From: a virus
Taxonomy: Duplodnaviria > Caudoviricetes
Reading direction: 5' to 3' (one strand)
DNA length: 64,000 nucleotides
Virus record (IMG/VR): IMGVR_UViG_3300032312_001422
Span: 64,001 to 128,000 of that record
Shown here: positions 9,399-16,844 of the stretch, piece by piece
Position numbering within the stretch: the stretch's first letter is position 1
Layout: each line of letters opens with the position of its first letter
Notes under the pieces: generated by a model
Seen by the model: the letters and a program-made list of their open reading frames with translations, nothing else
The model's database searches: none
Told to the model about the DNA's origin: nothing
Made by a program: the position numbers and the translations under genes

Positions 9399-9595
9399 AA
9401 CGGGCACTCGCTGTGAAGCGTATAAGTCCCGTTATTATTGATAAGTGTTTGAGATGGAAACATGGGTATCGTCAGCAGACGTGTTGACTATACGGGCCTA
9501 ACTGGCGTGGAACAGGTCCTGACATAACTAACCAGACGCTATTGCCGGAAAGCATCCGACGCATAAATTGGTACTCAAGCACTTATTAATAATAA
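9399..9595 (+). ncRNA. putative structured ncRNA of unknown class
   Basis: 22-bp closing stem 9432-9453/9574-9595 with two G-U pairs enclosing several hairpins; upstream hairpin at 9399-9433; no plausible ORF. Confidence 0.6.
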
Positions 9596-9603
9596 ATATC
9601 ATT

Positions 9604-9774
9604 ATGGAACAATCTAAAAAACCCGTAGACCAATTTTACTATTCCGAGGACGAATGGGCAAGGTTAGGTTGTGGCCCTTTGCCACCCGAACGTGATCGTA
9701 ACTCACAATTACAAAATGCGGTGGCACGAGGCAATTCCCGTATTGACGGTAAGAATGTAAAAGGTTATAACTGA
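9604..9774 (+). CDS. small hypothetical protein
   Basis: ATG at 9604 after TAAATA (9593-9598); MEQSKKPVDQFYYSEDEWARLGCGPLP. Confidence 0.65.
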   Translation: MEQSKKPVDQFYYSEDEWARLGCGPLPPERDRNSQLQNAVARGNSRIDGKNVKGYN

Positions 9775-9775
9775 C

Positions 9776-9853
9776 ATGGGACTATTGGCATTTGCCGTTA
9801 TTTCGGCTCTTATAATTTATCTGTTAATTTCCATCAAAGACTGGACGGAATAA
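9776..9853 (+). CDS. 25-aa membrane peptide, not in ORF track
   Basis: MGLLAFAVISALIIYLLISIKDWTE*. Confidence 0.45.
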   Translation: MGLLAFAVISALIIYLLISIKDWTE

Positions 9854-9879
9854 CTTTCCTGGCCCAACCCAGGGCATAA

Positions 9880-9885
9880 TAAATA
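9880..9885 (+). promoter_or_regulatory. T4-like late promoter box (TAAATA)
   Basis: TAAATA recurs a short distance upstream of many genes: 1324, 2039, 2524, 9593, 11349, 28209, 32063, 32318, 33233, 40510, 42598, 50141, 54370, 56044, 59037, 60584, 62272. It resembles the T4 TATAAATA late promoter. Confidence 0.7.
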
Positions 9886-9907
9886 GTGTTACAACCCAAG
9901 GAAGTCT

Positions 9908-11362
9908 ATGTTATTCGAAATCCACGCTGAGCGTAACGCCTCAGACAAAAAAATCTTTTATTATGACAACGAAACCAACACTTTAAAAAGTGAAGATGGT
10001 ACAGTATTTGAGTACCCGCAAATACAGGAACAAAATCAGACACCATTTGTTCCTTTCGATCGCAACCGACCCTTGAAGAAAAGCCGTGCAATACAGTTAT
10101 TGAAGATCCAAATGGGACTCAGTTGTAACTATAGTTGCGATTACTGTAGTCAAAAGTTTGTGGAACGTGCTCCGGAAACTTCAAAGAAAGACATTGATCT
10201 TTTTTTAGAAAAATTCAAAGTGTTAGAGTTTGATGAACAAAAGGGACTCAAAGTAGAGTTTTGGGGCGGAGAGCCATTTGTATATTGGAAAACATTCAAA
10301 CCCTTGGCTGAAGCTATTCTGGAAAAATTTTCCCATTGGAAACGCAAGCCACAGTTCAGTGTGATCACCAATGGCAGCATACTCAATGAGGAAATCATTG
10401 ACTGGCTTATGAAGCTGAACTTTGTTGTGAGCATCAGTCACGACGGTCCGGGACAACATGTGCGTGGACCCGATCCTTTTGCAGATCCTGAAAAGAAAAA
10501 ACAGATCCTGGGATTTTATCGTCAAATGAGTCGACTCAAAAAGGGCTTTAGTTTTAATCCCATGCTGAATGCTCAAAACATCAGTCGTAAACGGATCTAT
10601 GATTGGTTTGTGGATTTCACTGGAGATCCCAATGTAGTCCTAGGCGAGGGCGGAATCGTAGACAGCTATGATGCGGATGGCATGCAAAACAGCCTGCAAA
10701 CCAAACAGCAACATTTTGAATTTAGACGTACAGCCTTTGCTGATATCTTTAGCACACAAGGGCAAATTGGATTCAAGATGCAGTTGGACAAAATTGATGG
10801 CTTTACACAAAGCGTGTTGAGTCATGCTGATTCCAAGTATCTGGGACAAAAATGTGGCATGGACAATGAAAACACCTTGGCCATTGACCTACGTGGTAAT
10901 GTGATGACTTGTCAAAACGTCAGCAGTCTTGAAACTGGCAAAAACGGTGAAAGCCACTTGGGTGGTAATTTAGATGACTATGACAACGTGGCCATCAAGA
11001 CAAGTACACATTGGTCGAATCGTGCCGAATGCCCCAAGTGCCCTGTGTTGCATCTCTGTAAAGGTGCCTGCATGTTCCTGGACAAAGAGTTTTGGGATGT
11101 CAGTTGCGCCAACTCCTATTCAGACAATGTGGCCCTGTTTGCCTTGGCCATAGAAAAAATAACGGGTTATATTCCCACCTTGATCAAACAAGATGAATTG
11201 CCTTTGGAACGTCAAGACATATTTGGTACCATATACCAGCACACAGAAACTGAAAAGAAACGCATTATACCTATCAAAATTGTCAGTGAAGTAGTTGGAG
11301 AAATTGAAGGTGTTGAAGTGTATGGGCAAAGTCGTGTAGAATCAGTCATAAATACTCAATAA
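9908..11362 (+). CDS. radical SAM enzyme with SPASM domain
   Basis: CNYSCDYC (CxxxCxxC), FWGGEP, SISHDG; SPASM C-x13-G-x4-C and CPKCPVLHLCKGAC-x11-C. Confidence 0.95.
   Translation: MLFEIHAERNASDKKIFYYDNETNTLKSEDGTVFEYPQIQEQNQTPFVPFDRNRPLKKSRAIQLLKIQMGLSCNYSCDYCSQKFVERAPETSKKDIDLFLEKFKVLEFDEQKGLKVEFWGGEPFVYWKTFKPLAEAILEKFSHWKRKPQFSVITNGSILNEEIIDWLMKLNFVVSISHDGPGQHVRGPDPFADPEKKKQILGFYRQMSRLKKGFSFNPMLNAQNISRKRIYDWFVDFTGDPNVVLGEGGIVDSYDADGMQNSLQTKQQHFEFRRTAFADIFSTQGQIGFKMQLDKIDGFTQSVLSHADSKYLGQKCGMDNENTLAIDLRGNVMTCQNVSSLETGKNGESHLGGNLDDYDNVAIKTSTHWSNRAECPKCPVLHLCKGACMFLDKEFWDVSCANSYSDNVALFALAIEKITGYIPTLIKQDELPLERQDIFGTIYQHTETEKKRIIPIKIVSEVVGEIEGVEVYGQSRVESVINTQ
11349..11354 (+). promoter_or_regulatory. 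late promoter box for the Cys-rich gene
   Basis: TAAATA inside the 3' end of the rSAM gene, about 20 nt before ATG 11375. Confidence 0.6.
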
Positions 11363-11374
11363 AGTGAATTTACT

Positions 11375-12283
11375 ATGACACTACCAGCATCAGGACAAAT
11401 TGCAATCAGCGACGTCAGCGCCAAAATTGGGCAGGCCGCCACTTTCTCCACAAGTTTAAATTTCCTCAATGGATTAATTCGTAGTGATCAACGCCCGGCC
11501 ACACCTAGCATGACTGCTTTTTACAACAAAAACTATTTTCAAAATACTGCCGACGGTGCCAACTGTGCCAACGGCAACTGCACAGCAAATTGCAACTGCG
11601 GCAATATTCAATGTACTAATTGTGTCATAACTGGCACGATTAATTGTGGCAATTGTGACAGTCAGGCCTGGTTGCAGAATAACTGTAACTGTGCCTGTAC
11701 ATATAACTGTACCAGTGCAAACACAAGTTATGCGTGTAACTGTGCCTGTAACTGTAGTAAAATTATCTGCGCCAAGTTATACGACTTTGGCCTAATGGAT
11801 CAAAATATTTGGGCAGCTGACCAAGCATACGGTCAGTGGTTGCGTAAGAAAGACCGTAGAGTATATCGCGGTTATGTTCGCTGGGCACGTATTGTTACTG
11901 CTTGGATGGACGGCAAAGGTCCCAACTACATGCCCTGGATCTTGGATGCTGACCGTCGTAGTGAGGCACAAAAGGCCGCTATCACAGACATGGCTATCAA
12001 GATCGGCACACCATGGTCAGAGCATATGGCCTACTTGATGGGTGCGTTGCCCGAAGACAACGTCCAAGGACGTATTCTAATGGAAATAGGTAAACCTATT
12101 TGCCGATTTGTCGATAGCTTACCACGTGTTGGTAAAAAGTCACGTCGCCATCGCTTACCAACATTATACACAATGTGGGCTTTGTTTTACTTGAGTTACT
12201 ACACTTCTTTGGTAGGTGCTCGAACTCATTTGTTTTTTAAAAGTTTTAGTTTTGACAAACTAAGACAAAGGACAATAAAATGA
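11375..12283 (+). CDS. Asn-Cys-rich protein, candidate rSAM substrate and probably virion-associated
   Basis: 17 Cys in residues 64-132, 12 of them as NC dipeptides; MTLPASGQIAISDV N-terminus; C-terminal domain starting KIICAKL. Confidence 0.8.
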   Translation: MTLPASGQIAISDVSAKIGQAATFSTSLNFLNGLIRSDQRPATPSMTAFYNKNYFQNTADGANCANGNCTANCNCGNIQCTNCVITGTINCGNCDSQAWLQNNCNCACTYNCTSANTSYACNCACNCSKIICAKLYDFGLMDQNIWAADQAYGQWLRKKDRRVYRGYVRWARIVTAWMDGKGPNYMPWILDADRRSEAQKAAITDMAIKIGTPWSEHMAYLMGALPEDNVQGRILMEIGKPICRFVDSLPRVGKKSRRHRLPTLYTMWALFYLSYYTSLVGARTHLFFKSFSFDKLRQRTIK

Positions 12284-12918
12284 CCACGGTCATTGATGAA
12301 AGTATTTTTTCCAGTAGTGTGAAACAATCATTATGGGAATGTCCGGTGTGGCACCAAAAAACTCCGTTTACAGAAACGTTTAATAAAGAGTTGTTGAAAG
12401 AAATGTACGAGATTGCTAGTACGTTTGACGAATCCTCAGGGAAAGAATCCCTATTAGATTATGATCGTCCCTGTATGCAAGAATTAATTGACTTTAAGAC
12501 TGAGGTAATCACCAATGTTGTCAATCAATACATGCCAGACACGCAAGAAGCCCGGTTTGTTGTATCGGGTGCTTGGCTTAATGTAAACACAGCCGGAGAA
12601 CGAATCGAACTTCATGCACACCCCGATTCGTCTATAGCTTGTAGTTATTACATACAAGGACCAGATGTTGGCGGTGAGTTTTACTATGTTGATACCGGCA
12701 GAGTTGGCGAGCACCGAACAGAAATTAAAACAATAACCCCTAAAAATGGCGACATGATATTTTTGCCATCGTATGTGCTACACGGAGTCAAGATGAATCT
12801 GGGGAGATGTAGAGTAAACCTGACTACAGATTTTAAACATGACCTTACCAAAGACAGCAAGGATCAGTTAGTGTTGAAAAGTTTTATAAACAGTATGCTA
12901 AGGATTAAGGATTTATGA
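12280..12918 (+). CDS. putative 2OG-Fe(II) oxygenase (TIGR02466-like)
   Basis: WLNVN...LHAHP...CSYY...FLPSYVLHGV...RVNLT. Confidence 0.8.
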   Translation: MTTVIDESIFSSSVKQSLWECPVWHQKTPFTETFNKELLKEMYEIASTFDESSGKESLLDYDRPCMQELIDFKTEVITNVVNQYMPDTQEARFVVSGAWLNVNTAGERIELHAHPDSSIACSYYIQGPDVGGEFYYVDTGRVGEHRTEIKTITPKNGDMIFLPSYVLHGVKMNLGRCRVNLTTDFKHDLTKDSKDQLVLKSFINSMLRIKDL

Positions 12919-13313
12919 GCGATATTATTGTAGGCAAGCAACCAGTAGATTTTGATGCTGAAGATTACAACCGATATGTCAAGTATTTTTTAGACACTGA
13001 AGTTGGCGGTATTGTGTTCAATCTCACCAAGGATGAACAAGACAGCTTCTTTGAGATGTGTTATCGATATCCTGTCATATTAGACAAAGTGTTTTTGCTA
13101 CCCGGTGATCCTTTAATGAATTATATCATGTATGGTAACGAATTTTATGATGCACTCAAAAATCCACATGATGGTATTGACTTTAGTCCAAGCTACATTG
13201 TGGCTCAATATCGAGAGTGGGCTAAGGCACGCAATATACCCGAGCCTGTAGATCAAGTGGCAGTTGAAGGCTTAGATGTCACACCCATGCTGGAATTCCA
13301 AAAACAGCTATGA
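12915..13313 (+). CDS. hypothetical protein
   Basis: ATGA-coupled ORF inside the cluster; no motif recognised. Confidence 0.7.
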   Translation: MSDIIVGKQPVDFDAEDYNRYVKYFLDTEVGGIVFNLTKDEQDSFFEMCYRYPVILDKVFLLPGDPLMNYIMYGNEFYDALKNPHDGIDFSPSYIVAQYREWAKARNIPEPVDQVAVEGLDVTPMLEFQKQL

Positions 13314-13876
13314 ATCGGTACTATACTAAGTTAGATAGTATTAGTCCAAGCCTGTACAACAATTTTGAAAACCTAGGCGAACAACACGTTTGCGGCGGTG
13401 GATGGACTAGATACTACCGCACCAACTTGAGCAGAAATATACTATTGCCAGACCACTTGAAGCAGAGTTTTAATCTAAGCTACATGACATTTATTGGCGA
13501 CAATGCTCATCCACATGTGGATTTAGAGATAGGTTGTAGAATAAACATATATCTGTCTGACAATAAATGCCCAACCAAGTTCTTTAGTGTAAAGTCTGAG
13601 GAATTTACCAAACCCAAACCAGTCACGTGTGTAGGGTGTACAGTAGAAAAGTTCTGTGCTGGAGAGTGCCAGTGCAGTTACAAACTTGATAATCTAATGT
13701 TAGAGGATGAATTCGTAGCCCGCAAACACGACATATACCTGTTAAATATTCGCAAGATACACAGCGTAGAAGGACTCAGTAAAACCAATTACAGAGAAGC
13801 CCTGTCGTTTACCACCGATCTTTCTTATGAAACAGTATACGAATCTTTACAGCAATATGGCGCATTCTCTGTTTAA
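13310..13876 (+). CDS. 2OG-Fe(II)/cupin-like oxygenase with inserted Cys motif
   Basis: HVD, IHSV and R-x-A-x-S triad pattern; insert CVGCTVEKFCAGECQC. Confidence 0.65.
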   Translation: MNRYYTKLDSISPSLYNNFENLGEQHVCGGGWTRYYRTNLSRNILLPDHLKQSFNLSYMTFIGDNAHPHVDLEIGCRINIYLSDNKCPTKFFSVKSEEFTKPKPVTCVGCTVEKFCAGECQCSYKLDNLMLEDEFVARKHDIYLLNIRKIHSVEGLSKTNYREALSFTTDLSYETVYESLQQYGAFSV

Positions 13877-14384
13877 AAAACTTGCTGTAGCAGCCAATAT
13901 TGATTTTAAAATTCTAGATAAGAAAATAGAATTTGAGTTAGACTCTGCAGGTCGCCGAATACAATACTCCAACGTATCTTCACGCTACGTAGACAATTTC
14001 ATAGCTGGTCTTGGCCATCACGGAAAGCATTTTTATACAAGTTTTGTCAGCGTAGAAACAAATGTGCCGCCACACACAGACATTGTTGATCGAGTCAACA
14101 TCAACTTCTACATAGAAACAGGTGACTACCAAACTACGTTTTACAGAAGCAATGACAACTCAGCACGATTTACCTATGCAGATCACGGCGATGGTCATGC
14201 GTATCGTATAGAAGAACTAGAGCCTGTGGATAGTTTTGTTGCCCAACCCGGCGATGTGTACATTTTAAATGGTAAAAATATTCACGGAGTTGCCTGTACA
14301 GAGCCTACACCAAGAAAATTTTTGCAAGTCTCTACCAACCAGTTAGAATATGATCAAGTTTTAGAAATTTTGAATCTATGTTAA
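13857..14384 (+). CDS. 2OG-Fe(II)/cupin-like oxygenase
   Basis: PPHTD, NINFYI, IHGV, RKFLQVS; ATG 13857 preferred. Confidence 0.65.
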   Translation: MAHSLFKKLAVAANIDFKILDKKIEFELDSAGRRIQYSNVSSRYVDNFIAGLGHHGKHFYTSFVSVETNVPPHTDIVDRVNINFYIETGDYQTTFYRSNDNSARFTYADHGDGHAYRIEELEPVDSFVAQPGDVYILNGKNIHGVACTEPTPRKFLQVSTNQLEYDQVLEILNLC

Positions 14385-15082
14385 TGTTGATCTATACCAT
14401 TGCAACAATTCACCTGGGCTGTGCAGTGGCTTCGTTGTACATGCATCGGTATGTGATACACAGACAGTATCGTATGACTCCAAGAACAGAAATGGTCATG
14501 AAAGTCATGTATTGGATGTTGTTTGATGTGGTCACTAGAGAGTTTGTGGTACAACATAGAAAGCATCATGAATTCTCAGACACATACAATGATCCTCACA
14601 GTCCGAGATTTGGTTTTTGGTCATTGCTGAGATCTTGTCTGGTTCCAAGCTTCTTTAGATCCTACAAAATAACTGTGTCCGATTCGGAGTATCAGCGATA
14701 CGGTGCCGAGACTGCCACCAACACCGTTATTGATCGACACCCAAGATTGGGAGTTGTATTGTTATTGGTAATAAACATTGTGTTGTTTGGTTGGTTGGGT
14801 ATCATTGCGTGGATCGTCCATTTGTTTGCTGTGAATTTTTTAATAATAACAACAATAACAGTATTTGGGCATAGCATTGGCGGCAGGAACTTTGATCTTG
14901 GCGACTTTACTCGTAATGTTGTTCCTGTTGGCATATTGTGTGTGGGCGAAGAGCTACACAACAATCATCATAAAGATAGCAGGCTGTATAACATGGCTAT
15001 AAATAAAAATGAATTCGATCTAGGATTCTTTTATCTACAACTTTTAAATCGATTTGACTTGGTTCAATTCAAACAAAAATGA
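14378..15082 (+). CDS. membrane fatty-acid (acyl-CoA/lipid) desaturase
   Basis: His boxes HRYVIH, HRKHH and HNNHH plus TM segments. Confidence 0.9.
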   Translation: MLMLIYTIATIHLGCAVASLYMHRYVIHRQYRMTPRTEMVMKVMYWMLFDVVTREFVVQHRKHHEFSDTYNDPHSPRFGFWSLLRSCLVPSFFRSYKITVSDSEYQRYGAETATNTVIDRHPRLGVVLLLVINIVLFGWLGIIAWIVHLFAVNFLIITTITVFGHSIGGRNFDLGDFTRNVVPVGILCVGEELHNNHHKDSRLYNMAINKNEFDLGFFYLQLLNRFDLVQFKQK

Positions 15083-15678
15083 AAATAACTAAAACAGACA
15101 TGTGGGTGACCCCAGTGTGGGAAATTCAAACCGACTTTGACCAACAGTTCAACAACGAACTGCTGGACGAGCTTGGGCAGTACTGTGATCCCGAATCGGA
15201 TGTGGGCAACTCTAATATCTGGAACTGTGACACGCCACGAGTACAAGAACTAAAAAAATACACTATCAAAGTAGTCAAATCACAAACATACGATTACATA
15301 GCACCAACTGTCAAAGACTTTGAATTCTGGCACGCCCGTGGTTGGTTAAATTATCACAAGACAGGTGAAGGTATTCCCATACACGGACATGGTAGCCCTA
15401 AGATTGCAATGACCTACTATGTCAAGGCTCCCGACAACTGTGGGGATTTGTTACTGATAGATCCTCGCAACGGTTGCGACTGGGATTCAGGCAACGATGG
15501 TGTCAATGGTACCAAGTTTAACAGAATTAAACCAGTCGAAAGCAAACTGGTATTTTTCCCAGGGTTTGTATTACACATGGTCGAACCCAATCAGTCTGAC
15601 CAAGTTAGGGTATCTGTAACCAGCAACATGGGCACATTTGATAAAAGTACTGCTCAAGCATTTAAAAATACACTATAA
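15079..15678 (+). CDS. putative 2OG-Fe(II) oxygenase (TIGR02466-like)
   Basis: WLNYH...IHGHG...YYVKAP...FFPGFVLHMVEPN...RVSVTSN; paralog of 12280. Confidence 0.8.
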   Translation: MKITKTDMWVTPVWEIQTDFDQQFNNELLDELGQYCDPESDVGNSNIWNCDTPRVQELKKYTIKVVKSQTYDYIAPTVKDFEFWHARGWLNYHKTGEGIPIHGHGSPKIAMTYYVKAPDNCGDLLLIDPRNGCDWDSGNDGVNGTKFNRIKPVESKLVFFPGFVLHMVEPNQSDQVRVSVTSNMGTFDKSTAQAFKNTL

Positions 15679-15687
15679 GGATGTACA

Positions 15688-16479
15688 ATGTCATTCTATG
15701 AAAAATTAGACTTTATCAAATATGATCATGACCGCCTGGTGACCGATGTGCAACAACATGTGTTCAGTCTGGGACAAGCTGTTATACAGGGCGAGGAATA
15801 TGAAACCGATGCCTACAAGGGTTTTGGTGGATGGAGTCTGCAGAGTCAAACCGGAGACTGGCAAGACGGCTGGGAATTTTTTCAAAACGAAGAAGGCACC
15901 ACTATTGAAGAAGTATTCTTTCCCAAGGATGCTAACAATTACACTACCTTAAAATACTTTAATATTGCACATTCTTTAGAGTACAAAAAGCCCACACAGG
16001 GCTATTGCGGTGAGATTGCCGAGGTGATTGATCAAATAGAGGCATTCGGCTTGACACCTAGACGAGCCAGAGTAACCTGTTTAAAAGCTGGTAGCAAAAG
16101 CCTAGTACACAGAGATTGTGGTGAAAACCAATACATGGCACGTATACACATACCCCTGATCACCAATCCTGAGTGTACTTTTACTGCCGAAGGAGAAACC
16201 TTATACATGGAACCCGGTACGGCCTACATGGTCTGGGTAAATGTGTGGCATCAGATTCGCAATGATTCGGAACAAGATCGATATCACATAATTATGGATG
16301 CTTACGATACCAGACATGTCACAGATAAGTTCAAGTACATGGGTGATATTAGCCAGTTGGAAACCTTTGCCAACGAATTGCGGCAACAGGTTGATCAAGC
16401 TGTTGTTACTGCAGATTTGGAACAAAAGTTTGAAACTGAATTGGCAAAATGGCGAACTAAATCCAAGGTTGACACATAA
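15688..16479 (+). CDS. aspartyl/asparaginyl beta-hydroxylase-family oxygenase
   Basis: RARVTCLKAG, VHRD, RIHIPLITN, WHQIRN, RYHIIMD. Confidence 0.85.
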   Translation: MSFYEKLDFIKYDHDRLVTDVQQHVFSLGQAVIQGEEYETDAYKGFGGWSLQSQTGDWQDGWEFFQNEEGTTIEEVFFPKDANNYTTLKYFNIAHSLEYKKPTQGYCGEIAEVIDQIEAFGLTPRRARVTCLKAGSKSLVHRDCGENQYMARIHIPLITNPECTFTAEGETLYMEPGTAYMVWVNVWHQIRNDSEQDRYHIIMDAYDTRHVTDKFKYMGDISQLETFANELRQQVDQAVVTADLEQKFETELAKWRTKSKVDT

Positions 16480-16497
16480 GTTTAATAAGTATATAAT
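16469..16497 (+). promoter_or_regulatory. consensus sigma70 promoter for tmRNA
   Basis: TTGACA-17bp-TATAAT. Confidence 0.9.
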
Positions 16498-16511
16498 ATT
16501 AATATTGTTGT

Positions 16512-16804
16512 AATTCCTTCAAATTGAAGGCGCTGTGGACGGGAGTTCGATTCTCCCCGGGTCCACCAAAAGGAGATTAGCATGGATCATGAAGCTGTAT
16601 TGCTTGGTGCATTTGTTCTAATAGGATTAGTCCTAGTCTTTTTTTGATGGGCCCGACCGGTTTCGACATGGTGAGCTAGAAGAGAAGGAAACAGGACACA
16701 GATAGTCCTAAAAAGTAAATAACGTAAACGCAAACGACGAACAGTTCGCATTGGCAGCCTAACAGCCGCCTAGGGTAGGAAATACCTCGTAACAGAAATC
16801 ACCA
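16512..16804 (+). ncRNA. ssrA: two-piece (circularly permuted) tmRNA
   Basis: T-arm and acceptor 3' strand ...GGGAGTTCGATTCTCCC-CGGGTCCACCA end at 16568, before the 5' strand GGGCCCGA (16649) with a G3-U pair; tag frame 16730-16762 encodes ANDEQFALAA*. The 5' boundary is approximate. Confidence 0.93.
16582..16647 (+). CDS. 21-aa hydrophobic peptide within the tmRNA intervening segment
   Basis: AAGGAG RBS directly after CCA; MDHEAVLLGAFVLIGLVLVFF*. Confidence 0.55.
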   Translation: MDHEAVLLGAFVLIGLVLVFF

Positions 16805-16823
16805 GAGCCCCTTCGGGGGCTCT
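16804..16823 (+). terminator. GC hairpin ending tmRNA
   Basis: AGAGCCCC-TTCG-GGGGCTCT; no strong U-run follows. Confidence 0.65.
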
Positions 16824-16844
16824 AATATTTCCATACAAACACAC

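Noticed and set aside
9432-9595. Retron msr/msd, SRP RNA or hammerhead identity for the structured RNA
   Set aside because: No reverse transcriptase in the window; only a 7-nt CAGGTCC resemblance to SRP without its GGAAGGAAGCAG loop; no CUGAUGA core.
11711-11746. EGF-type AspH consensus (C-x-[D/N]-x4-[Y/F]-x-C-x-C) in the Cys-rich protein
   Set aside because: Spacing matches (CTSANTSYACNC) but position 3 is Ser, so it is not a true consensus site; not used as evidence.
16541-16568. Stand-alone tRNA (T-loop plus CCA)
   Set aside because: There is no upstream D or anticodon arm; it pairs with GGGCCCG at 16649 as part of the permuted tmRNA.
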